A DNA stretch of 64,000 bases from Lama glama (taxonomy: Eukaryota), in assembly GCA_028534125.1 (NCBI GenBank), contig CM052816.1:77874001-77938000 (forward strand), in the 5' to 3' direction. The stretch's first letter is position 1. Every line of letters begins with the position of its first letter. Positions 1 through 14,072 of the stretch are shown here, piece after piece. Position numbers and translations under genes: made by a program. Under the pieces are notes generated by a model. That model saw nothing but the letters and a program-made list of their open reading frames with translations, had not been told where the DNA came from and made no database searches.

Positions 1-266
1 AAATATTTATTAAGTTCTGACTTACCAAGAGCTATTTGAAACCCCAGGGCCTTAGAATTGTATCATTTATATAAAGATAGACCCAGAAATTGATCAGGTA
101 ATGGGATGGGGAAAGGTCACCCTGATTTGAAGGAATGGCAGATCAGAGAGACTGGATTATAAGAACCTAAAGGGCAGGAAGGGCCACTTTTGAGTGCTTC
201 ATTCACTTCTATGGACGTAAAATGTGAAAACTGGAAAGTACTTTAGGGAGCATATATTGCAAATTT

Positions 267-345
267 TGCATTTTATATGAGGAAACTGAGGCCCAGAGAG
301 TTTAAGTGATCTACCCAAGGTCACACAGCAACTCAAGGGAAGAAT
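267..345 (-). mobile_element. MIR SINE fragment
   Basis: MIR core: atgaggaaactgaggcccagagag...aaggtcacacagc. Confidence 0.85.
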
Positions 346-564
346 CGAAATAGATTTTTTTCACTCTTGTTAAAATTCTAGCAAGTAACCATGAGTCCCA
401 CTTACAAAGACAGGGCAGGATTACAGGGCTTGGTGTTGTAGTTACAAGGCAGAGTGCAGAATCTCAACTGTTCTTGCCTCTGGGGCCCAAGCTCAGTGCA
501 CTCATACCAGTAGCATTTCTCGCTTTACATTAGCTCTCCATGGTGGAGAATCCATGATTTAGAG

Positions 565-769
565 CAAGGGTTCTCAACCTCTGCACTACTGACATTTTGG
601 TATGGATAACTCTTTGTTGGGTGGCAGTGAGGGTCTGTCCTGTGCATTATAAAATGTCTTGCAGCATCCCTGGCCTCTACCCACTACATGCCAGGAGCAG
701 CCAGTCTGGCTCTCCAGACATTGCCACATGTCCAATAGGGAGCAAAATCGTCCCAGTTTAGAACCACTG
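565..769 (+). mobile_element. hAT non-autonomous DNA transposon (MER20-like), full length
   Basis: TIRs caagggttct/agaaccactg; 8-bp TSD atttagag (557-564)/atttaaag (770-777); MER20-type internal sequence. Confidence 0.85.
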
Positions 770-3124
770 ATTTAAAGCAAAGTTAATCTGACATCTGTTC
801 AAGGCTCCAGAAAAGCATCACTGAGCCTCATTATACAGTCATATGAAAGGTGAGGAAGGTATAAAGACCTAGAGATTTAAAAAGAAAAATCTGATATCAT
901 CACTGTATTCTCCATGCTTGGTGCAAAAAACTGATATCCCATCTTTGTAGAAGTTAATATAATTAATAATTGTTATTTATTATTGATCATAAATATTACC
1001 TTATTAGTAAAAATCTTCTGAATGCTTCAAGTTTGCATTCAAATAATTTTCCTTCTGTTATATACCGTGGGTACATTCTTTCCCTAATGGCCAATGTAGT
1101 TCTTCTTTTAAAAAAAAAAAAAATCGCCCAAAGGCATACAAAGTACACAGATGGAGTGAAAACAATCCCCCCAAAATAACAATTTAAAAAACCCACATTC
1201 ACATTTGACCCTTCACTAAATCAAAATTCACTCGAATTAATGAGCAACATCATGAGGATCAGACAGCGACGCAGCCTAATTAGCTTGCATGGGGGCCATC
1301 AGATTGCTTTCCTACCAACCCAGCCCGCAGGTAATGAGGGCCGAAGTGGTTAAAAAAGGGGCATAGAGGAAGGCTAGGACCTGGCCACCGCAGAGGACCA
1401 GTGTCATTTCATTTCAAACTCCCCATAGGAAGCAACTCCAAAGCCCTAGGGAATGTCGTGATTTGTAACTTTGCTAAGGTACCAATTTGAGGCTGCTGTG
1501 TCCGAGAAACTGGTGACAGGACCCCAGCCAGCGGACCAGCCGCCACGGCTGGACTCCGCTTCATTCCTCATGGAAGGCACATCCAAAGTGACTCTGGCCA
1601 GTGATTTTTAAAACTTTGTTTCTGTGTGAAAAAACTGCTATCAAGTGAGAGAGAAAACCTCAGGGAGAGTTGGAGAGGTGGTGGCCTACAGTTACTGAGC
1701 AGTATCCGGGCAAACACAGAAACATTTGCCTCTCAATGGAAATGCCAAGAGAAATTCTCACTTTATTCTCAAATCTGGGGAGGCAGAAAGCTCTGGAGTA
1801 CAGTCCTCTGGATTGTCTACTGCAAACTCTTGCTTACCCAGGAGGACAGCAGGGTGAGTGAGGGTCCAGACTGAGGGGTTTTGAGCAGCCTGAGGCCATG
1901 GGCTGGGGGCGCTGGGGGACGTGGAGACAGAGTAGGTGGAAGCCCAAGAAAGAGGCTCACTTGGCGACTCTGCCTTCCCAAGCAGCTCTCGCTTAACTTC
2001 AGTGTCTGGGAGAGCAGGCTCCTGCCCCAGTGAGTTCACTCTAGGGTAACAGTTACAAAAGAGCTGCCTAGAGTCAGGGGTGGACATCAGGTCCTCTGTC
2101 CTGCAGACCCCGTAAAAGCACATCAGCCATGGAAGGATGCTAATGTCAGAAAAATAGACCCGGCCTGGAGATGCCTGGCAGTGTCATTCCATGGGCTTCT
2201 AAGGAGGCTGAAAGATGCCCATTCGCCTGCAGACTCACTGACCAGGGTGATGGATGTGTCACAAAGCTGTTCTGATCTCCTTCCCTGCTAGAGCCACTAC
2301 CGAGGCCCGAAGAAGCCAGACCCAGCAATGCTTTGGGTGTGCAATTTCCTGTCACATGTCCCTTCCCTTAAACCTGGAGGAAGAGACCAGCTGCATATCT
2401 TATTTCAAAGGGGCCAGGGAGTGGACTGCCTGCTTGGCTGCGCTCCCAGCAGCTCTGAATCTCTGACAACCATGGCTCCCACATGAGCCAGCAGGAAGGT
2501 AAGGTATTCACACTTGGTTCCACAACCATTCACCACACTGGAGAGAACCCCACAATTATCCTTCTTCAGAAAAGTCACTGTCCCATGATGTGCCAGGTGC
2601 TTTATGTATTGTCTGTTACATATGTAACAACATGGTGAAGTGCACATTTAGAAGTCAGAAAACTGAGGTTAAGAGAAATTAATTTGCCCAAGGATGCTCC
2701 AACATGTAAGCCATCTGGCTGAGACAGAACCAAGTCCAAGTCCTGTGCTCTCTCCATAACAGCAAAGGATGTCCAAGACCCAAGAACAATGCAATGTTTA
2801 GGTCAGGTCTAAGCCTCTCCTGCCTGGTTTGCTCCAGGGCAAACCTGGAAAGTTCCACTGGGACCGCATCTCTCCATGCCACTGGCCACAGTGGTGCTTT
2901 CTGGGGCACCTGAGAGCATCCTCACAAGTGGCTACGAGCACTGCTGCCTTCTGGACCTGGTCTTCCCACCACACCCAGTCCAGGACCTCCAGAGACTCCA
3001 TGCAGCCAATCTCTCAAAGTCAGCCCCACATTCCATCTCAAGACCTCAGGTACAGAGGCTGTGGGACCCTTCTTAGAAGTGGAGACAAATGGACAGCATT
3101 AGACTGACTTCAGGCCCCCGGCTT

Positions 3125-3620
3125 CATTTATATTTCCTATGGCTTCTGTAAAAAATTACCACAAATCTAGTGCCTTAAAACAACACAAATTTGTTGTCTT
3201 ACATGTCTAAAGTTTGGAAGTCAGACCCAGGTCTCACTGGGCTAAAAATCAAGGTGTCAGAAGAGTTGCATTCCTCCCTGCAGGCTCTAGTGGAGAATTG
3301 GTTTCCCTGCCTTCTGCAGCTTCTAGAAGCTGCCTACACTCCTTGGCTGTTGGCCCCCTTCAGAGTCAGCCACAGCAGGCTGAATCCTTCTCACGTGGCA
3401 TCACTCTTCCATAGAAACACCACCTTCTGACCCTCTTCTGTCTCCCTCTTCCACTTTTAGGGAACTTCATGATTCAATTGGGCCCCCACAAAAACTCAGG
3501 TTAATCTCCCCATCTCAAGATCCCTAACTTAATCACATCTGCTAAGTCCCTTTTGCCTTGAAAAGTAATGTAACAGCTTCCAGAGATTAGGACACAGATA
3601 TCTTTTGGGAAGAGGCACAT
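3125..3620 (-). mobile_element. MaLR LTR (MLT1-type)
   Basis: aaattaccacaaa...ttaaaacaacacaaat...ctaaaaatcaaggtgtcag...taatcacatctgc hallmark motifs. Confidence 0.85.
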
Positions 3621-5018
3621 CCCATACATCCAAAAAAAACTCTTCTCAGGTCATTTGCACACACAGAGCACAGACATTTTGACAGCTCTGGCCAGGGACC
3701 ACCTTGGACTGTGAGCAAGTTGAAGATGGAGCCTCTCCTGTCTTATTAACCAGTGTCTGACATGTAGAAGGCAGGCTGTGGGATGTGATGCATGAATACA
3801 TGCCCACCTTGGCCAACAAACTGGTCTCTCCCAATTGCCTTTAAACCCAGTGACCTCAGATGGCTCAGGTCTGCCTTCCATCTGACCGTTCACTCTGAGA
3901 TATAACCCTTCTCACCTCAACTGTCCATCAGCATAGAGCAGGGGGCTGCATTCACCCACCAGAGTCTCCCAGCCTTCAGCAGGGGCAATGCCATTTGTGG
4001 TAACAAGTTTGCAAAGATATTGGAGATATTGCCACAGAAGACTCTGAAGAAGCCCTCAGCACATGACTGTGCTGTCTTGCCCCAGCATCTCAAGGTGTTT
4101 AAATCGACACGTGAAGAATCTCTCCATCCTGCGAACCGCTGGGGTGGCTCTACCCAAGGGTAAACTTCAAGCTGTTCAAGGTACAAAATAATCCTGGCTT
4201 GTGGTTTTGTAAAGGGAGGGAGACTACCCCCTCACAATCAGCCCCTGCCTACCTCTCCAGCAACCCCTCTGGCACCTTCCAGGCTTGGTGAACAACCACA
4301 TCACGCCCTCCCCCCCGAGATTCTGCACAACGCTCTGGTGAGTTAACCCCAATTTTGAGATGAGCAAACTTGAGACTCAGGATAGATTAAGAACTTACAC
4401 AAGGTCATAGAAACAGGCAAGCCACGTGTTAACCATCTAACTCAAACCTGATGAGCTTTCTGCCTCGTAATGCTGCCTCCCAACAAGGGGTGATGATACT
4501 GACCACTATTCAGGCCTCAGGACCTACCAGGTGACCAGCAGTGTCCACTACACACAAGGTTGCTGCCTGGGCTCAGCTACCAGGGCAGCCCTTCCTCTGT
4601 CATTTCCCATTCTTTCTGTGAATTTCAGGGTCAACAACTTTGTGCTGAAAGTTGTCATTTCTAGGGCTGCATTCCCTCAAGACTTGCACATGCCATAGAA
4701 GGGATTTAGTTAGACAATTGGAAGAATTTGCCCAAACGTTAAGGATTGGGTAAGACCGTTGGCTTAAATTTTCCAAACATAAGAGGAATGAAACACTAAA
4801 ACAGAATATTTGGACTCTTTCGCAATACAGTCCTTAGATCCGTAGCTAACTAATGCTGTTCACAAATTAAAACTAGAAGACCTGTGGTCTTCCCTAGTCC
4901 TGTCATACCGCTCACCCTCATAGCTCCACAGTCCCAGTGCCTGGACTGAGGGAGAGGAGTGGGAGGTTAGAAGTCACCACCCCTCAAAGGAAACCAAACC
5001 TCAGGGCCCAACCTGAAT

Positions 5019-5205
5019 CTGTGGTTCTCAAACTTCAGTGGGCATCAGAACCACCAAGCGGGCTTACTGAAACAGAGATTGCTGGCCCCAGCTCCACAGT
5101 TCCTGACTTGGTAGGCCTGGGGTGGGGCCTGTGAATTGGCCTTGCTAACAAGTTTCCAGGTGATGCTGGCATGGCTAGTGGGGGACCATACTCTGGGAGA
5201 TACCG
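5019..5205 (+). mobile_element. MER5A-like hAT element
   Basis: gtggttctcaaacttcagtgggcatcagaa...ggggtggggcc...caagtttccaggtgatgct. Confidence 0.8.
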
Positions 5206-7499
5206 ATAAACTTTACCGGCCTCCGTCCTTACACACTAGGATTTAGAAGGGATCTGGGCTTCCTCCCAGCCCTGAGCAGTGCCCCAGGGCCTATAGGATG
5301 GCCACGTGCACCTTTTCCAGCTTTTCTCAGAACCTTCTCTCAAACTTTCACTGCGGCTGTGATCTTTCACCCAAGGGGCGCTAGGCCGCTCTCCCCACCA
5401 CAGCTGGGATTAGATCTTTTGTCTTTTCTGAAAAGACACTAATCTTGAGCACTCGCAGAGGATGTGAGCCGCCTGTTTACCAGGCTGCCACCGGCTTGGC
5501 ACCGATGTTTGCTTAACCTCTGCTCAGCTGCCGTCTTCTGAGGATTTTCTTGTCCTTCTTTGGCAAGGCTATGTTTTTCAAGTTCAGTCCTGAGAAGCCT
5601 CTCATTTACCATTTGGAGGCATCTAAGTTTCTTTCCTGCACGTGTCCCTCCTGAATCCCCCTCCTTAGCTGTTCCCTGTCCCACAGCGGCTCAGTGGACC
5701 GGAGGCAGAGATGGCCTAAACCGGCTGTCCCAGCAGGGAGCAGTATTTTATCTCCATAGTGTTTGGAACTGTTGGCACATGATGATAATAAAAAGCAGTT
5801 TGTTTTATGACTGTTTTGAAATTCTCTGTAGACATTGCCACCCCTTCCCCTCCCCCTATGGCCTGCACTTGGGGCAGATGGCTCCCACCCACCTCCACCT
5901 CGGTACTCCAAGGCCACACAGGGTTACTATTCCAGAAGCCTTAAGTTGAGCACCATTCCCAAAAGGGCCAATATCACAAGACTTCCAGGGAGGAGAAGTC
6001 AGGGTCCAGACACCGTTTCCCTTTTGTCCCTTCCACCATCATCACCACCACCCCCACCTCATTCCGCCCAGCCTCAGGGCCCTGGAATCACTCTTCCTCA
6101 TGTCTGCTTGCTGTTCCCTTCTCTCCCACCACCCATCAAAACCTGCCCAACCTCCTGCCTAAGTGGCTAAATGATCTGTCAAGCTCATTCTCCCTAAAGC
6201 CTTCATGGAAAGGCAGGACTTCTCCCAGACCTTGCTGCACCAAAAACAGAGGATTCCTAGGTAAGGTAGTGTCTGTTTGCAAAAGACTGTATTGCTAATG
6301 ATGGTGGCGAAGCAATTCAAGGCTCCAAGGAGGGTCAATAAGGAAAAAGTAACCTCTGGCCAAGACCCATCAGACCACTGTGAACTCCAAATGTCCATCC
6401 CATGCCATCAGGCTTCTTTTAATATCCAAACAATATGGTCTGAGCCCCCACTCCATGGGAGTACAGGGCCCTCCTCCAGACTCCGAAGGGAGGGAGTTGG
6501 GGGTAGGGGGAGGACTTATGGTCTCCTGGCTACTCACACTTCAATTCTCCCTCCCAGGGACTTCTCAGTCCGCGCTCACCATCCTGCCGCCTGCATCTGT
6601 GGTCTCTGTGCACCTGAGTGTGCTCCTCTTCCCTGGACACTCCCCCCTCCCCTGATTCATTCCCCAAATGAATGGGGAATCCCTGTTGTGCAGAATCATA
6701 TTTTGACTGAAGTTTGGGGAAAACAGAACAGGAAATAGCTCAAAAATTGAATACTAGTCATCGATGTTCTTCAAGTTGCTATTCTGTCCCCACCACTCTC
6801 ACCTCCTCTAACTGGATCTTTTCTTGATCATCTCCTCCCAGTTTTCAGGCTCCAAATCTCTGTCTCCCCCTACCCCAAAGCTCCCAAGGGAAAATGGAAA
6901 ATTTCTCTTACTGTATTATAGAGACACGTTGAAGTCTGAACTACTGCCTTCCTGTTGGCCTCAGGGCCTCTTTTTCTCATCTGCTTAATAAAGTTTCCTT
7001 AACAAAGAACTGCCTTCCCCTGGCATGAAACGCACTGATCCCAGTGCACAGGGAAGCTGCAACACCCATTTCTGTTATGAAATAGCAAATTTTCCTTCCC
7101 TGATATGTAGGCAATTTCCTCATCTGCCCACAGGCCTCACTTTGATTCCTAAACCATAAGAGGTTTTTCTTGTGCCAATTCACTTTTCTCAATTATCTAT
7201 ATTTTTTCATAACATTGTAAAAACATTTCATATATTATTGAAAAACAAAAACACACGATCACTCTTTCAACCATTTTCATTTTCAAATGCTCCATTTTAG
7301 TTTCTGTCCACCCACACATATTTTAAGGCACCTATGTTTTCCTCTTCTGCTTTTTGATTTTACTGATATAACAAACAACTTTCCGTGTCTTCATCGCTAT
7401 TGTTTTAATAGCTGCAGAACATTCCACTGACTTATTGCCCAACAGGTTAGCTATCCATTCCCCATCACAAAAGCAGGGATCTTTCCCAAACAGTGGGAA

Positions 7500-7566
7500 A
7501 CAATGCCTAGCACAGAACAGGATCTCAATAAATATTTGTTGAATTGAATGAATGAATGAATGAATG
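7500..7566 (+). mobile_element. L2 LINE 3' end
   Basis: gcctagcacag...ctcaataaatatttgttgaa followed by a (TGAA)n tail. Confidence 0.8.
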
Positions 7567-9649
7567 GAGACACTTAAATTGTTTTTAATTTCTTATTGCT
7601 ATAAACATGAGGCAATAAACATCTTTGTGCGTACCACATTTTTCTCTAGCTTAATTATACCCCTGAAATAATTACTTCCCTGATAATAAAAACAGCAGCA
7701 GCAGCAGTGATTATAATAGCTAATACTTACTGAGCAGTGACCAAATGCCTGGCTCTGTGCTAAGATCACTGACTCCTCACAAATGACCTCATTTTACAGT
7801 TGATAAAGCAAAGGATTATTATTTGCCCAAGGTCACACAGCTTGTACAGGGCAGAGATGGGATCTGAATTAAGGTCTATCCCACTCCAGATGCTGAGGTG
7901 TTAACTTTTATAATGAATTATAAGGTCAGAGTGTGAATGAGCTTATGACTCTTGGTACCTACCACCATGATGCTTTTAGAAAGGGCTGTGGCCATTATAG
8001 ACACCTTATTTTGAGGTATGTCACTTGTAAGGTGCATAAAAAAACTTGGATTTTGTTTTCTTATTCAGTCTGACAACTTTTACATTTCAATTATAATATT
8101 TAGCTCATTAACATTTAATGTAGTAATTTGACTCATTCGGATTTAAATATCCCATCTTACTATTTGTCTTGTCTTTATCTAAATTGATTTTGTCTTTTTT
8201 AATTCCATCTTTCCTTTCTATTAGCTGGGCAGGTATATATTCTTTTATTCTTTTTCAAGGTTACCAGAAAAGGGCTTTTATTATAAAATCTTCTGGCACT
8301 CAATAAATACAACTATTGGCACATTTTTTGGCCAGATACTCATTAGTTAACCTAAAATAAACTGTCTCCTTGAGCCCCACACGGCACTGTGGGTCATGGA
8401 CTCAGATCCTCCAGAGCATGACAGCAGACGTCCCTATGCACAGACAGTGCCAATTTCTGGTGTTAAATATTAAGCAGTTTCTGTTGTCCTCAAAGTACAA
8501 ACAAGCAAGTGAATCACTTGATACCCAAATTCAGATGGCCATCAGTGTAAGACACAACCTGAGCATAGGTTGATGGCAGAGATGGCCTCAAACCTAGCCC
8601 TTGCCGCAGACAAAGCCTAGCCTGCCTGGTGCTGGCATCCCAAACTCCACAGAGACTCTCTTTCTGGGGACTAGAACCATCCTTCCATGATCTGATCCAA
8701 AATGTTGTTCATCCTTGGAGAGGCTGCCTACCTTCAAATATGATGTGGTAACAACAAAAGGCGTCCAAATATTCCTTATTCTTGACTTTGGACAATAGTT
8801 TTACATTTACATCTGAGATATTCTCAAAACTTTGAGAATAAAATGAAACCATGTTGCAAAGGGCTGGAGCAAACTGAGTTTGAAAGTAGTCTAAAACCTA
8901 CCTCCTCCCTCCATCCTGCAGCTAATCTATGTAGACTTTGGGATGCCAAGTGTTTAAGACCCCAGGGTATCTGTGGATGCACTTCAGCAGTAAAGTAGTC
9001 TAGGAATTCCTCAAAATTATCTCCCTGGAAACTCATTTGTGACCACGGATACAAATAATGAGAATGGAAAATGTCTTTGGCTGGGGAAGTAAGCTGCTTC
9101 TGTTCCTTAAGAGTACAGTTTTTGAATCTGTTAGCAAAGCTTTCCTGTCTTGTCTGGAGTCAGAAAGGTCAGTATGAGGTTAAGCCCAAGCGAATGGTCC
9201 ATCCTGAAATAAACACAGCACAACCCAGGGCTGTGTGCAATGTTATTCTTTCACCTTCTTCCTGGAATTTCAGAGGCTGTCCAATTGGAATACAAAAAAG
9301 GACAAAATAAGGTAACAGTGTGAAATAATGACAGTGGAGAAATCTGTTTACTTGAGGATTCAAAGAAGAAATAAAACATGCTTTAACTATGGATGTACCC
9401 ATCCCCACTCCCTGCTCAACAATCTCTTCTTCCCTCAAAAAGAAAAACTTAAAAGAGTTTCTCTATTCTTTCTTTCTGTAAGATTTTTCTCATTTCCAAA
9501 ACCTTTTCCTTCTCCCTCTCTCTCCTATACCCACGCAGAGGAAGAACCCTAGGATGTCAGAACTGAATAGAGGAACTGGAGCATAAGCAGAGCCAGTGCT
9601 TTTCAAACTTGTTTTAAACCAAAGGGTCCGATTAATGACTGAAACGTAT

Positions 9650-10082
9650 TTGTAAGCTGTATGAGCTATGGCTGCAATGACACTGTGTAACAAACCACCC
9701 CAAATAGAATGCTTTTAACAACATTATTTTCTGCCTACAGATCTGCAGGTTGATGGTAAACTGGGCTGGGCAAGACTTGGCTGGGGCAGTTCTGCTTCAA
9801 GCTATGGACTGGGTTTACATCTGCTCCACATATCTCTCCCTGTCTTGAACTAGTGGCTACCTGTGCACACGTTCTCATTGCACAAGGAAGAGCACAAGAG
9901 GCAAGCCAAACCTGGCAGGGACCTTTAAAGCCTCTGCTCGCATCAAATCCTCTCACCTTTCATTGGTTCAAGTAAGTCACAAGACCAAGCACCAAATCAG
10001 TAGGACAGGAGAATGCAGTTTGCTCCCAGGAGGGGAGAAAAGGGAGTGATTATTTGCTGCTCAGTAATCCAATCTATCACAG
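9650..10082 (-). mobile_element. MaLR LTR (old MLT1 subfamily)
   Basis: tgtaacaaaccaccccaaa...cattggttcaagtaagtcac...taatccaatctatcaca. Confidence 0.75.
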
Positions 10083-10822
10083 ATACCAAGTCTATGAAAC
10101 AGACGCAAGTGGCTGTCTGCTAGTTGAGTTAGAGATGCCCTCCCCGACCCCAAATTTCCAATGCATCTTCTAGCAACGCCCAGGAACATAGCAGGAACTG
10201 TAAGGCAACCCGCTCATTTTACAGGTGAGAAAGCTGAGGCGCAATAATTACAATCACTTGTCCACCACCTGAGAAGTTCCAGGCATGAGGCCACCAACGA
10301 GAGGACCCTTTTCTACAAGTTTTCGAATCTGATGACAACTGGTCACTTCCCGCTCTCTAGCCATAGTTCCAGAGATTACAGCAGTTTACATAGCTTAGAA
10401 TTTGTGTAAATTGCTTGCAGCTGGAAAAAATATTCACAAACCAGGTAGCATAGTAAATAAAGAAAAACAGGGGGTGCAGAGTACGATTCTGACTACCAAG
10501 CCTCAAACTGCTCATTTCACCGTCTGTCCCGAGTGCAGGCCCTGCTGAACTATAGAAACTTTAGGCCCAACACCAGACACAGAGGCAACAGCCTTGCACA
10601 GACTTTGCCACTAGTTTTCAAACTGGGTAAGTCTAATGTCCATAATGAATCCCTTATTCCACGTCACTCAGAGTAGCTGTGCCTTCCTGACCAAATGCTA
10701 ATACAACCAGCTAGTCCCACTGCCTCAGCAAATGCAAACAAAGACCCTTCTGTCTTCCTGGGAGGGTCCTCTGAACAGAACGTTGATATTTCTCCAAGCT
10801 TCTGCTTTCTTGACTGAACTTT

Positions 10823-11025
10823 GATCACCATCATCAACTACCATCACCACCACCACCATCACCATCATCACTACCCTCTGTGTCACTACCACTACCAAAC
10901 CAGCATCACCGTTGCCAAAACCACCACTACCACCATCGCCACCATGACCACTATCGCCACCATCACCACCAGCACCATTGTCACCACTGCAGCCATCCTG
11001 CTGCCACCACCACAATCATCACCTC
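10823..11025 (+). repeat. Degenerate (CAC/CAT)n trinucleotide repeat
   Basis: ~200 bp of caccat/caccac units, giving poly-His/Thr pseudo-ORFs. Confidence 0.95.
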
Positions 11026-11039
11026 TGCTTTAACTCCTT

Positions 11040-11190
11040 TAATTTTCACAGCAACAGAATCATCTAGATAAGATGATTCCTATTTTACAGCTGAGGAGCT
11101 GAAGCCCAGAGACATTAAGTAACTTGTCTGCAGCCAGTGAGAGATTTAAACCCAGGTCCAACTCCAAGTCCCCTCTTCCTTCACTCCACT
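11040..11190 (-). mobile_element. MIR SINE
   Basis: tattttacagctgaggagctgaagcccagagacattaagtaacttg. Confidence 0.8.
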
Positions 11191-12159
11191 GCACAGCCTC
11201 TAAGGCCATGTTTGACAGAGCAAAAGAGGGCAGTGGCCAAGAAGCAAACGGGACAGAAAGAGGCAAAATTGTGCTGATAAAGAGAGGAAGAGCAGAGAAA
11301 CAGCAGCTAGAAGGCATTAGGTAGGCAAAGGAGGGATGGATTTAGGCAAGTCCCACAGAAGAGAGCTGGGGTGGGGGTGTGATGGGGATCAACTACTTGG
11401 TAGCAGCAGCCCTGACCCAAAGCCTGCCTGGGGTTCCAAGGGGAAGCAGCCTTGCTTCTGCCGACCTCAAAGGTAGAGTCCCAGAGGAAAGCTTGCTCAC
11501 TGCCTGGCGGACAGAAATCAGGTCCTATCTGGCCTCTGGAAGAAGGGCCCATGAGTTCAAAGGGGCGAGGGTCATAAGTGACCATGCAAAGTTCCTGCAA
11601 TGTACACTGAACGCCTTAGCCAGAGCGGTTCTCAGCCCTGACTGCATATTAGAAGCACTGGAGACTTTTCAAACTTACTAATGCCCAAGTTCTACCCTCA
11701 AAACCTCTATTCCCTTTTTAATGTTCCCCAGTTCATTCTAACTTGCAAGAAGGACTGAGAAGCAATGAGTTAAACCAACGCAACTCTGGGCTCATGATTT
11801 CCTTCTCTGCACGCGCCCAAAATTCTCTCACACCCTAGTACGATTTAGCTGGGCTCGTGAACTAAGTGGCTCCGGGTTCTAGATGGTGGTAAAGTAGATG
11901 AGAGAAAAGGTTCTCTCCCAGAACAGAGAAAAAGATGAGCCTAGTTTCAGACCAAAAAATCCACCTGCATTTTACTTGAGGGTGAAAGAAGTCAAGAATT
12001 AATCTGCAAGCTGAAGCAGTAAGAAAATGAACGTAGGCTGGAGCGGACCCTGAAGTTAAAGTAAGGTGCTGCCCTGTCCCCTATCTCAAAGTGAAGTTGC
12101 ATTATTTGCTACGATATCCAAAGGCTTCACAGAACAAGATAAATTATAAACAATAGTGA

Positions 12160-12530
12160 CTGTTAGCATTTGTCAAATACTTATTATGTGCTAGATACTG
12201 TGCTATGTTCTCCACGTGTAGTAACCCTTCTAATTCTCAGGGTAAACCTATGTGGTAGATGCCAACATTTTCCCCATGATACAGATGAGGACACTGAAGC
12301 ACAGAGAAGCTAAGGAACTTGCCCAAGTTCACAAAAGTGTCAGAGCAAGGATGGTATCCCAGGAGAATGCCTCCCAAGTCCATACTCCTAACACATACTT
12401 TCCAGCATCTCAACCCTCATGGGTCCTGTGGTAGGTAATATTATCCCCATTTTACAACTGGAAAGACTGAGGTGAAGTAACTTTCTCAAGCTGTCACATC
12501 TGCTCACTAGCACAGCCTGGATTGGGACCC
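12160..12530 (-). mobile_element. Two adjacent MIR fragments
   Basis: cagatgaggacactgaagcacagaga...cttgcccaag and attatccccattttacaactggaaagactgagg. Confidence 0.75.
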
Positions 12531-12697
12531 TCCACAACTGGAAATATACCAAATGGGCTTAGGAACAGTTTAGCTTAGAGGCAGATAAATGTTTCTAAAT
12601 GCCTAGTTCTTCCCAAACACCATCCCACCATTCACACTCAGAAGATACACAGAAATCACATGCAGTGAATCTTCCAAATAACTGCATTTTTCAAAAT

Positions 12698-14072
12698 CAA
12701 TGGAGAAGACAGTCTCATCAACAAGCGGTGTTGGGAAACCTGGACAGCTGCATGCAAATCAATGAAGTTAGAGCACTCCCTCACACCACGCACAAAAATA
12801 AACTCAAAATGGCTTTAAGACTTACACATAGGACAAGACACTATAAACCTCCTAGAAGAAAACATAGGCAAAACAGTCTCTGATATAAACCATAGTAATG
12901 TTCTCCTAGGGCAGTCTACCCAGGCAATAGAAATAAAATCAAAAATAAACAAATGGGACCTAATTAAATTTATGTGCTTTTGCAGAGCAAAGGAAACCGT
13001 TAGTAGGACGAAATGACAATCTATAGAATGGAAGAAAATATTTGCAAATGATACAACTGACAAAGGCTTAATTTCCAGAAAATATAAACAGCTCATACAA
13101 CTCAATAACAAAAAAAGAACCCCAAACAACCTAACCCCAAAATTTGCAGAGACCTAAACAAATATTTCTCCAATGAAGACATACAAATGGCCAATAGGCA
13201 CATGAAAAAATGATCAATATCACTAGTTATCAGAGACATGCAAATCAAAATTGCAGTGAGGTATCACCTCACACCAGTCAGAATGGCCATCATTAAAAAG
13301 TCCACAATAAATGCTAGAGAGGGTGTGGAGAAAAAGGAACTCTCCTACACTGTTGGTGGGAATGAAGTTTGGTGCAGACATAATGGAAAACAGTATGGAG
13401 ATTCCTTAAAAAACTGCAAATAGACTTATCATATGATCCAGCAATCCCACTCCTGGGCATATATCCAGAGGAAACTCTAATTTGAAGATACATGCACCCC
13501 AATGTTCATAGCAGCACTATTTACAATAGCCAAGACATGGAAGCAACCTAAATGTCCATCGACAGATGACTGGATGAAGAAGTTGTGATATATTTATACA
13601 ATGGAATACTACTCAGCCATTAAAAATAATCCCACTTGCAGCAACATGGATGGATGTGGAGATCATCATACTAAGCGAAGTAAGCCAGACAGAGAAAGAA
13701 AAATACCATGTGATATTACTTGTATGTGGAATCTAAAAAAAAAAAAAAGAACACACATGAACGTACAAAACAGACTGACTCACAGACACAGAAAACAAAC
13801 TTATAGTTACCAGGAGGGAAAGCAGGAAGGGTAAAGGTACAAATTGCGAGTATTGGGAGTTCAGGATTTGCAGATACTAACTACTATATATAAAATAGAT
13901 AAATAACAAGGTCCTACTGTATAGCACTATGAACTAAATTCAATACCTTGTAATGGCCTATAATGAAAAGGAATATATATATATGTATAAATGAATTACT
14001 ATACAGTACTCCAGAAATTAACACAATTGTAATCAACTATACTTCAATTAAAACAAAATAAAATAAAATAAA
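12698..14072 (+). mobile_element. 5'-truncated L1 (ORF2 C-terminus, 3' UTR, A-rich tail), artiodactyl-type
   Basis: Fragments [22 protein letters not shown] and MEYYSAIK are L1 ORF2 C-terminal motifs, broken by stops/frameshifts; ends tatacttcaattaaaacaaaataaaataaaataaa. Confidence 0.95.

Noticed and set aside
5365..5383. CTCF-like tttcacccaaggggcgcta
   Set aside because: Mismatches in the 5' CCAC core; cannot be supported without a PWM score or ChIP data.
10725..11071. Poly-His/Thr/Gly ORFs
   Set aside because: Translation of a (CAC/CAT)n simple repeat.
12599..13834. ORFs over the L1
   Set aside because: Fragments of a disrupted L1 ORF2 or its antisense strand, not a host gene.
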